DNA of 64,000 bases. Origin: Phoronis australis (taxonomy: Eukaryota > Animalia > Phoronida). Below, piece by piece: positions 13,197-22,997 of this stretch. The stretch is from the NCBI GenBank assembly GCA_002633005.1, contig NMRA01000807.1, positions 1-64,000 of the forward strand, given 5' to 3'. Position 1 is the first letter of the stretch; every line of letters starts with the position of its first letter. Both the position numbers and the translations under genes were made by a program. Below the pieces are notes generated by a model, which saw only the letters and a program-made list of their open reading frames with translations, was not told the DNA's origin and did not search any database.

Positions 13197-13600
13197 CCTA
13201 AGGAGTTGGTCTCCCTCTAACGGGTGGACCGACAGAGGAGACCAGACTCTGCCTAGCGGCAGGCTCTTCTGCTCGTGTTGTTGCAGTTGCTGCTAGTACT
13301 TCAGTAAAATCCACCCGGAAGCCTTCTCTGCTTCGTCTGCTGCATCGGATGTTAATGATTTCTTTGTCTTCGTCTCCATTCCCAACTTCTGTACCAAATG
13401 AATAACCAATCGTGGTGGAAACCCTCCACACAGCCAATCTGTATACGAAAACCTCAACATTTCCAACACTTTAACTCACACTGCTCTCTGAGGTCTCCAT
13501 ACTTTACCATATTGGGTCTCCCATGGCATTGTTAGCTCTGTTACAACCACCTCTCCTTTAGTGTCCGAATGCAATACCAATATCTAGGAGTAAGTCTTGT
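13197..13600 (-). mobile_element. HERO-clade non-LTR retrotransposon, 3' end with restriction-like endonuclease relic
   Basis: Minus strand, with frameshifts: (P)DI.LHSDTKGEVVVTELTMPWE...KYGDLREQCELKCW....IQIGC.GF...LG...AEKASGWILLK. This matches the PD..ELTVPWE..KY..L..C..EVGCRGF..AExASxWLW pattern of RLE elements. Confidence 0.75.
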
Positions 13601-14959
13601 CTGTACTATATGTATCAGAAACCATGCTTAACTGTAGAAGTCCACGTTTAGCATACCGTGAATAATACGCTTACAAGGAAGTCACGCATTTCTAAAGATA
13701 TGCGGGAATCTTCACCGCTCAGCCTTCTGAGCGGCTTGTACCAAGATCAAAGAGAGCGTGGCGCCGGAATCAGGTACAATTGTGATGACCGCATTGCCCG
13801 ATGCGAGCAACACCCAATTAAATGTAATTATACGACCATAAACTGTATTAAACATCTCTGACTGTATATAATGGCGAATTTTCAAAATGCATTAACCACA
13901 AATTTTCGTTATAAACGAACACCACGGCGTTATTCAGCTGGAAAAAACAACCAAGTGCGGTTTTCGATTTTTAAAAATCGATGAACTAATAATCTAAAAA
14001 TTAAAACCATTGGGTACGATTGAAGATAAACTACCGCGCGTATTGATATACTCGGTGGATATACAATCGCTGATCAGACTTAACAATATCACATGGATTC
14101 ATTTTTTACTATTCTTTCAATCTAGTTTAACCTGGTTTTTGACCAGAAACCAGTTGTTGGGCCCACTTTTCATTTTTATTACAGACAAAGAGCTAGAATA
14201 GTTATATAGTCAGTGCCACCGATATTGTCCAGAAATTCCAAATCTTCAGTTTGGTCATCACCATATTTGCACTTTTGTATATATTTTATGATTTGAGTTC
14301 TAATAAAGATTAAACTTTAATAACACGTGAAATGTTTAGTGTACCTGTACTGTGGTAAGTTAAGGGATGGGCTCACAGTGAAGTTAACTGGCGATCAAAA
14401 TCTATCACTGTTTTGGTACTTCAAGTTCAAAACTTGAATAAACGTTATCAACCCGTTCCCGGTAAGAAAAAAAAAACAAGTGGGCAGAAGCATTAAAAAT
14501 TAAATAAAGAAAACCAATATGAAACTTATCGTTCCTTTGGGAAGTGGTCTTTTGTGAAGATAAACACAAGTTAACCTTTTTAGTCATTTTGTAATATATA
14601 TAATGTACCAAGTTAAAACTACTCTCCAGAGTTGCAAGCTATAACTCTGCAAATGTCAGAGAAAACCAAATTAGGGGTACTAACAACAACCATTGTTGAG
14701 ACAGTAATGCTAGCAATTATCTTTCCACTTCAGTAGCTCAGATCTACATCAATACAAAGGGCGTGCTGAATAGGCCTAGCAAAACTTGTCTGGGGTTTAG
14801 GGGTGAATCAGAGCGGTCGCCAGTGTAAGCGACAAATTCTCCACATGGCATACTCTTATTTGTCGTCGTTAGAATGCCTATCGTATCTCTCGTCTTGGTT
14901 ACCGCTGCCTTCCGCCTCTTTCCAGGTCTGCAGAACTCTAGAAATGAAGGTTTGGTGCT

Positions 14960-15520
14960 GAACTTGTTCGATGTGTTCCTGCTTGGTTGTGTCTCCAGCT
15001 GAATATTCCATCTGTAGGGGGGAGGGTTTGCTGGGCAATAGGACGTGATTCAAATTTCGCCACTTGTCGCACTTTAGACACTTAGGGAAAGTCATCTTCC
15101 ATCAAGTCATCAGGTTTGTGGGTGCTGGCAGAAAACAGCTGCGCCGGTTCAATTCTTATAACGTCTCTCCACTTAGCTCCCTCGCTGGAACGTCCTTCCT
15201 CTATGTCCAAGTGCCCTGTTTTCTCATCTCGACCGCGCTCGCCTACCTGCACTCTTCTTCGGAGTTCCTCACCTGTACTATACGGTCTCTTCGTTCTTTC
15301 TAAGAAGACATGTTCTTGGCCCAGTTGTTTGTAGAATACCCCAACCCCTGCTTTCCACAGCACACCGTTCCTACGATCTGTCGGTGCTTTGTCCTACTTT
15401 CAGCATCTTCAGCGCACACGAGGCCCTCCAGCATCTTCCCGTTGGTACTCCTGTGATGCTGTTCTTGAATCAAAATGTGCTTTATGTTGTGCGTCTGACA
15501 AATCCCGATTAAGTCTTGAA
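14960..15520 (-). mobile_element. HERO-clade non-LTR retrotransposon, post-RT linker and zinc-knuckle relic
   Basis: AEDAESRTKHRQIVGTVCCGKQGLGY...ERRDRIVQVRNSEEE..AVEMRKQGTWT, followed by KWRDVIRIEP...KCLKC...LNHVL. The region is frameshifted. Confidence 0.75.
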
Positions 15521-16193
15521 GGCCCGACATGTCCAGTCTATACGGAAGCTTTTTGGCAACTCCCCGAAATGTCTAAAGAACTTCCCCTACTTGAAGGATT
15601 CTTTCGTTATGCCGACATACTCTACATACCTAGATCTAAAACAGAGAAATACGGTAAGGCGAAATTTCGTTTTGCTGCCGCCAAGGTCTGAAACAACCTC
15701 CAAGCAGGGTTGCTGAATCTTTCAGCCTGTTTCAGAAACTGTTTCGGATCTAGACTAGTGCAAATACAGCCATCATCATCGTCATTATCACTCATTTGTA
15801 TTTCAATGCACGTAGCCTAAAACAGTTGCTTATTCGTTCTTATCAATATATTTTTCGATTTATCTTATTAATTTTATAATCCATATTCTCTACCTCTAGA
15901 TTTTTATTTTACTTACCTTTCGATTTTTACTGTGGATCTAGTGTACTTTGTTTAGCTCAAATTAGTTACTAAGCATTGGTCTTTTAATTGTGTTGGTCAT
16001 TAAAATAGCCCGATGGGCCTAATGTTACCTGTTTTATATATAAACCGATGTAGAATAAACCATCTTCTATCTTGGTATAAGTTACGTGTCTAATATTCTA
16101 GGATAACGCCAATCCTTTGTATATAGCTTGATCTTTGCACAAAGAAAAATGGTAAAATGAGAATTAAATATTTATCAATTTTATATTCCTTAA

Positions 16194-16592
16194 AGCCTAA
16201 CTTCAACGGAATTTTGTTACTTTAGATGTATTAGGCTAACCAGATAGTTCTAGCAAATACTTAGTAAAAAAAGAGTTCAATCACGCAAGTGTAAGCCCGT
16301 CAAATGATTAGTGAAGCTGCCTTTTCATGCCATGTTACGTCACTGCGAGATCCCGGCACAAACAACAAAAGGTTGTATTGAACAGGGGTTTGAATAGAAC
16401 ACCATTGCGTGCGGGTGTTATTCGAAGCTGCTTGAATTAAAAGGTGATTCTCGTGGTGACGTAGACGAAAGCAAGCTAATACGCCTAACAGTTCGTTGCA
16501 TTTGACAAATTTATGGCACTAATAGGCTAAAAGCGATGCTCTTAACATACTGTAGGAACCAAATTAACATGTGTTACCGTTGAAGATAGGCT
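16194..16592. mobile_element. Kolobok-type MITE with TTAA TSD
   Basis: TTAA|agcctaacttcaacgg ... ccgttgaagataggct|TTAA. A partial inverted copy lies at 18379-18621. Confidence 0.8.
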
Positions 16593-16596
16593 TTAA

Positions 16597-16675
16597 AGAG
16601 CCCTGTAACGCAAAAACAGACCAAATTACATTATTCAGTGTGGTTCTCTGACACTGAAACAAAAGTCAACAAAAT
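16597..16675 (+). mobile_element. End of a second TTAA-specific (Kolobok-like) family sharing the TTAA at 16593-16596
   Basis: ttaaagagccctgtaacgcaaaaacaga... recurs as ttaaagaggcctggaacgcaaaaacaga... at about 59995-60073. Confidence 0.65.
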
Positions 16676-16828
16676 TACCTTATAACCATCTCCTCCTCTC
16701 ACGTAAAGAACTAGCGTGACGTCACATGTCAATTATGACGTCAAGCTTGCTTACTTTTTTATGATTACCATGTTTCTGTATGTCGCTCTTAATTACGTAC
16801 ATGTCCAAAGTTGCTGCTAATAAAAACT

Positions 16829-17165
16829 TCACGCTCTGTTGAAAAGCAAAGAAATAATACGTAGCGTAGCCAAAGTTGAAAGGTCAGTTGCGTCGAGTAC
16901 CCTTCAACAGAAGGAGAAGCAAATTTAATTTTATTATTTTTTGAAGGTGATCTCATTTCGTCGTCTCGGAAACGGCGGTTTTGTCTTTCAGTCTTAAAAG
17001 CTAGGACTTAGTGACTGTCGTTGAGACCGGTCTATGAAACACTATGTAGCCCGACTTTTGACCTTTCCAGCCTTCTTTTACGAGTGCATCAGAGAAATAT
17101 TTCCTGTCACCGACTCTGATGACAAGAGTGCTATCCGGAACCCCGCCAGTCACTTGCGTAGCCAG
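16829..17165 (-). pseudogene. Decayed paralog of the 5680-6924 Ig gene (Ig2 plus GPI tail; Ig3 missing)
   Basis: Minus-strand TGGVPDSTLVIRVGDRKYFSDALVKEGWKGQKSGYIVFHRPVSTTVTKS* aligns to MGGEPDSTIVIRVGDGESSPKAVRVKHAWVGHKTGYKVWKRQVSTSIVEP. The tail QLTF/TLATLRIISLLFNRA* aligns to QLTFNLATLATLCVISLLANKE*. It carries a premature stop and frameshifts. Confidence 0.85.
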
Positions 17166-18378
17166 ACGTTTTCAATAGGTGGGATAAATTTGGGAACCGT
17201 TAAAGCAACCGACCGGTTGGAGTTGTTCCCTCTCTCCACGGAAATTTTTGTTCCTAGAAATAATTTTTCTAATTGACGTTTGATTATTAGTTGCTTTTGT
17301 TTTAAAATTTATGTCTCCAAATAAAACAAACAAACCAAGGGAAATGTGTACTTAAGACAAAACACGATGTATACATACGCGTGTGCGCGCACACACACAC
17401 ACGCGCGCGCGCTTTAAAAACATGGTTGTTGCCGATTAGTAATAGCAGGTTCTCCACAAACAGTTGATGGGGTTGTCTTTTGTTAGCATGTACCGTAATT
17501 AAAGTTAAAACATCTGCAATATAGAGGGCTTCTGTTTCATCTTTATTGCACGTTTAAAAGCAGCATAATTAATCCAGTTTGAAAGCTTGTATCATTTGTT
17601 CAATATCTCCCAGATCGGAAATTTGTTTTCAAAATCCAAAACTTCTTTCACAGAAACTATGCTGGTCTTTTAAAAACTGTTGAAAAATACAATTCCCCAT
17701 CTATCAAAATATTTTTGTTGCATGAGATAACAACTTACTTTAACTTGATTTAAAGATCTACCCCATATGTTGTGAAATTATAGTTTGGAAACACTTAAAA
17801 ACTGCATCGTTTCCATCCAAGCAGCGGTTAACCCTCGTTACTAGCGACTTGAGTATAGTATTTACGCCAGGAACTTAAAAACCCCCATGTTCTTAAGAGT
17901 TAAGTCACTTTTTTCAATTCTGAGGATTTTTTTACTGAACACAATTTTTATTTTAGTATCTACTTCCATTCTATGTGCTCCATATATCCATAAATTAATC
18001 ATTACATAGACTAATCTTAAGAATGCAGAAGTTTGACTACACTAATTCTGCCTAGCAAAGAAATGTTGTGACTTTTCCCGGCAGACATTGAGAAACCTTT
18101 TAAGCGATATAATTGTAAGTTCAACACTTAAGAAAAATCATTTTCTTATTTGTTATTAGTGAAAGATATACTCAAGCTCTTGATTGGTTTCCTAATCCAC
18201 TTGAAGCCGTAATGTGGGTCAGTTCACTCTTTCTCTCACACTTTCACTCTCGGCTAAAAAGTCATCCAGTTGCCTAACACCACTGAGGAATTTCCTTCGT
18301 GACAGATATAGGGGCTATAATTTCCATTTGACAAATTGGGAAAATAATGGAGTAACAATTAATTATTTCGGATTTTAA

Positions 18379-18621
18379 AGCCTATCTTCAACGGTAACAC
18401 CTGAAAATTTGTACAGTATGTTAAGAGCATCCCTCTGAACCCACTATTACTATAAATTGTCAAATGTAACGAACTGTTAAGCGTATTGGCTTGCTTTTGC
18501 CTACGTCACCGCGAGAATTACCTTTTAATTTAAACGGCTGCAAATATCACCCGCACGCAATGGTGTTCTATTCAGACCCCTATTCAATACAACCTTTTGT
18601 TGTTTGTGCTGGGATCTCGCA
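18379..18621. mobile_element. Truncated inverted copy of the 16194-16592 Kolobok MITE
   Basis: TTAA|agcctatcttcaacggtaacac... is the reverse complement of about 16345-16592. Confidence 0.8.
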
Positions 18622-21110
18622 AAGTACTGGAAAGAGTCATTCTGTGGAATCTTGATAAACAAGGTGTGCAAAATAAACTTCAGAACATTCAGTATGCTTA
18701 CAGACCGCGCTTCTCTACGGAGACCGTTCTATATCATCTGGCTTCTAGACTGGAAGGGTCTCTCGTATTTAACAAACAATTTGTCCTCTAGGCCTTCGTC
18801 GACCTTATAGGTGTTCTCAGCAATATTAAAGGCGAAGGCAACCATTTTTCATGTCACTTTTAGCAAAAATAAGGTCTGTTGATTATCCCAGACATATTTT
18901 TCACTTATTTACAACTTTTCGTAATTTAAATAATATCTCGTCCTCTACTCCGGAAGTGACGTTTTGGGAGGCAAGAATTTCGCGCCAATTTCGTTTCATA
19001 CAGTCAGACTGTGAGAGCTGTCAAGTCAGTCATTGTTCTACCTCGGATGTGATAAGTTCGGTCGTCGTTTGCTTTTGTTTACGAGTCAGTCAACATGCCA
19101 CGCTGTTGCTGCGTACCAGGATGTACTCATTATCGTCTCACACGCGCTTTGGTTACCTTGCATCCCTTTCCAAAGGATGACACACTTCGCCGTACTTGGC
19201 TAGCTCGTTCGAGTGAAGAACGCAGCGCTACCCGTTCACACAACGTACAAAGCAGTGGCAAGCATTTTCAGCCGTCAGGTTATGACAGAGATAGGTACGC
19301 TGAATTGATGAAGGTCCCTGCGAAACAACGCCTGAAGAAGGGTTCCATACCGTCGCTGCTGAATCCCGACAGTGCCCCGTCGCCCCCGAGAAGTGCGTTT
19401 TTGAAGCGAGAAGCCTCGCGAGCTGTGGCCACTATAAACAGTGACTGGAGGCACTTCATCTACTGTTACCCATGCCTCCGAACGTACCCCCATAGCGTGC
19501 AATTCCAGGAACTAGCAGTGATTCCTCGTGTACTGTTGTCTCTAGCCCAGAGCCTGTAAGCAGCCCTGCAGCGTTCGAGTAGTGGGAGTGAATACAGGCC
19601 CAGTTTGACACCCAGTGAAAAGTACAATTCGTCATTCAATGAACAGATCGCTGAGCCTAAGTTTGATAAGTTTATTGTGGACTTGTATTGGAGCTATTTA
19701 GAAGGTGCCACGTGTGTGACGAGGGAGTGGCACGGCGGGATGTAAGCAGTTTGGGTGCTCAAACCACTGGGAGTGTGTCGCGGTACACTCGGGCAAGTGG
19801 GACAGTTCTTCCTCTGTATGTGAGACGATAATGAGTACATCTCGGTAGACATCAACAGCGTGGCATGTTGACTGACTCGTAAACAAAAGCAAACGACGAC
19901 CGAACTTATCACATCCGAGGTACAACAATGACTGATTCGACTGCTCTCACAGTCAGACTGTATGAAAAGAAATTGGAGCGAAATTGTTGCCTCCCAAAAC
20001 GTCACTTCCGGAGTAGACGACGAGTAATTAATTAAATTACGAAAAGCTGTAAATAAGTGAAAAATGTGTCTGGGATAATCAACGAACCCTATTTTTCCTT
20101 AAAAAATGACATGAAAAAAGGTTGCCTTCGCCTTTAAGCATCATGCGATCCGAGTAGCACCAAACCGCTTCAAAGTAAACAATTGTATTTCCAGGTTGAT
20201 ATCAAAATTCTACGAAACCAATCCGTGATTTTTGTGCGACGGTTGACAGTGTGGCGGTTCGCATGTCCACTGAAGGCAACTCCTAAGGATGGCGCTGCTT
20301 CACCCACCCTCTCAACATGGTGACGGATGGCCTTCCTCAACAATTAGCGGCTGACATGGATCCAAATTTGCATGTTCAATCCTATGAGGACGACACAGCT
20401 CTGTGTGTCCAGCATCGATCCTGATACATGCCCTATCTTGTTCAGAATGCCACATGGACTCAGTCAGTTGGCTTAGAAATTAGTGGCAGCCAAACAAAGT
20501 TGATTACATTCATCTGGAAGCTTAAATGGTCAATGCGGCCTTTAACGCTGAATAGTCAACACTTTGATTTTGTATAAAAGGCAACTTGCCTAGGTGTCAT
20601 TTTACACCATTGCCTGTTATGGACCCCGAAAAAAACAGAAAAAATCTAGAACCAAAACTGCGCTGGGGGAAATGCAGTCGTGCGGTGGGTAAAACTTGTG
20701 GAATGTCTCCCAGGAATATGTTCCGTGTCGGAGTTGAAACAGAGTACAGTTTTCAACAAGTTGATTCAGTTGCAACGTCTAGCTAGCTGTCTGTGCATCA
20801 CCTCTACTTTTCCAGGGACGCATCCTTTAGCCCTAGAAATGCTAATGGGTTTACCACCACTGTGCATATATCTTAAGGGCGAAGTCACTTATGCAGCGCT
20901 TCTTCTTCACAAAAGTCACAGGAACGTGTGTAATAAGTTAATTAAGTATATTGGACATGCTCAGGGATGTCTCGATTACAATTTTATATCATGCAAACAA
21001 TGTCTTTAGAGAATGCCGGATGTTTTGTAGCAGAACACAGGAATGAGGTGGTTTATTACACGGACGGCTCTAAACTGGAAATTGGCCAAGCAGGTGCTGG
21101 AATCTATGCC
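18622..21110 (+). mobile_element. Decayed LINE with RT and RNase H (LOA/R1-like), split by the Kolobok insertion
   Basis: LERVI...QYAYRPRFSTETVLYHL...AFVDL precedes the insert. After it come QSYEDD (YADD relic), LQRLASCLCITS...ALEMLMGLPPL and the RNase H motif YYTDGSK..GQAGAGIY. Confidence 0.75.
18830..20133 (+). mobile_element. Non-autonomous Kolobok transposon: ~315-bp TIRs, TTAA TSD, THAP ORF 19095-19559
   Basis: TTAA|aggcgaaggcaacc ... ggttgccttcgcct|TTAA. THAP: MPRCCCVPGC...LHPFPKDDTLRRTW...HF...LKKGSIPSL. Downstream frameshifted KFIV..LELFRRCHVC...C..H..KWDSS resembles Kolobok transposase N-terminal regions. No DDE core is present. Confidence 0.85.
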
Positions 21111-22471
21111 TTCCTATCGCTCAATTGGCTTGACAATACAACACCTATCTCGGCAACAAGTCAAACACCATCTAGAGAAGCAGCAAAAGAAGCCCTTAAC
21201 GAAACCAAGGGTCAACTCTTGCTGTGTTAAGGTTATCTCGAACTTATCTCCTAACCTCCATTCTAACTCATTTTAAAAAACCTGGCCACGTTTTATTAAA
21301 AATAATTATACATTTTCTGAAAGAAAAAATATCAGAAATTGTAAAAATATGTTTTTATATTTATGTTTCATTATTAATACGTTACCACCTTTAAGTCGAA
21401 ATGTCACTGTTAAGAAAGGTATTCCTATAGCAAAATAGTCCTTCGGTTAATTTTAATGAGACCCTTTTTAAATGAAAACTTCACCAATGATTTACCTAAA
21501 AAGTGCCGAATTAACTCGCAAAACGTAGTTCATTTTTTGAAAATAGCACTGTCGTATTTGTCTATCTTACGGTACGAAGGCTGATGAAAGGAAAACCCTA
21601 ACAGCATTTTTGAGATTGATAAATAAATGTTACAATTTGAAAGTTTGAGTGAAACTCACCGAACCGTGTTTGAGAACTCTTGTTCCTGTATAAAAAAATA
21701 ATTGCAGGCGGTCTGGCACACGTTGTACCAGACGTGCGCAGGCCGCGCATGTGGGCCCATTGCACTGATCTCTTGTTCCTAAGTTCAAATTAAGTTGACT
21801 TGCCGAAGCTGAGAAAAAGCCCCAAACGGTTACTAGTCATCAAGATTCATGCTCAGTGTTATCGATTAATTATTCGGTAAAAATGTATTTATGGTCAATA
21901 TAACAAGTCATGCTATTACCTTGTTTGCTATTTCAACATTCACTCGTGATGTCAAATTGCATTGGCACTGAACTTATTTATCACTAATTTTGTAATACGG
22001 GCTACTATACATTGAATGAAACTAGGTCAGTGTAGGAGTTTAACCCTTCATGACGGTACATTGTAGTTCAGTAACGACTTATAATTTTCTGCATATTAAA
22101 CTTATTGGTAGGTTGGGAAACATTAGAGACTACGTGTTGCGGGAAGTCGGTGAATGTAACTTAAGAAAACGTTTGTTATTAGTGTCAAGATGGCAGTAAT
22201 CAATCGTTCCCATGGGGTAAATTCGTATGTTTTCTGTGATGAATTAATTTTACAGTCGTCCTTGGCACTTGGTATAATTATCATAGGCCCCCGCACTGTT
22301 GTAAAGGTGTCTAGATCGAGTTCCCCTTTATTGTTATGAGTCATTGCATAACCTTCTTAGTGAAATAAATCATGGACATCGGAGTAAGAGACCCATATTA
22401 CCTGCCAAGTAAGCAAATTATGTCAAATGACTCGAAGACATCGTTACGGCGACCAGCCAAGGGGGGAGGGG

Positions 22472-22952
22472 NNNNNNNNNNNNNNNNNNNNNNNNNNNNN
22501 NNNNNNNNNNNNNNNNNNNNNNNNNNNNNNNNNNNNNNNNNNNNNNNNNNNNNNNNNNNNNNNNNNNNNNNNNNNNNNNNNNNNNNNNNNNNNNNNNNNN
22601 NNNNNNNNNNNNNNNNNNNNNNNNNNNNNNNNNNNNNNNNNNNNNNNNNNNNNNNNNNNNNNNNNNNNNNNNNNNNNNNNNNNNNNNNNNNNNNNNNNNN
22701 NNNNNNNNNNNNNNNNNNNNNNNNNNNNNNNNNNNNNNNNNNNNNNNNNNNNNNNNNNNNNNNNNNNNNNNNNNNNNNNNNNNNNNNNNNNNNNNNNNNN
22801 NNNNNNNNNNNNNNNNNNNNNNNNNNNNNNNNNNNNNNNNNNNNNNNNNNNNNNNNNNNNNNNNNNNNNNNNNNNNNNNNNNNNNNNNNNNNNNNNNNNN
22901 NNNNNNNNNNNNNNNNNNNNNNNNNNNNNNNNNNNNNNNNNNNNNNNNNNNN
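22472..22952. other. Assembly gap (N run)
   Basis: Continuous run of N. Confidence 1.
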
Positions 22953-22997
22953 GCCAAGTGTCGTGTCAACACTGAGCCCGCCGCGGCGCCGCACAGA

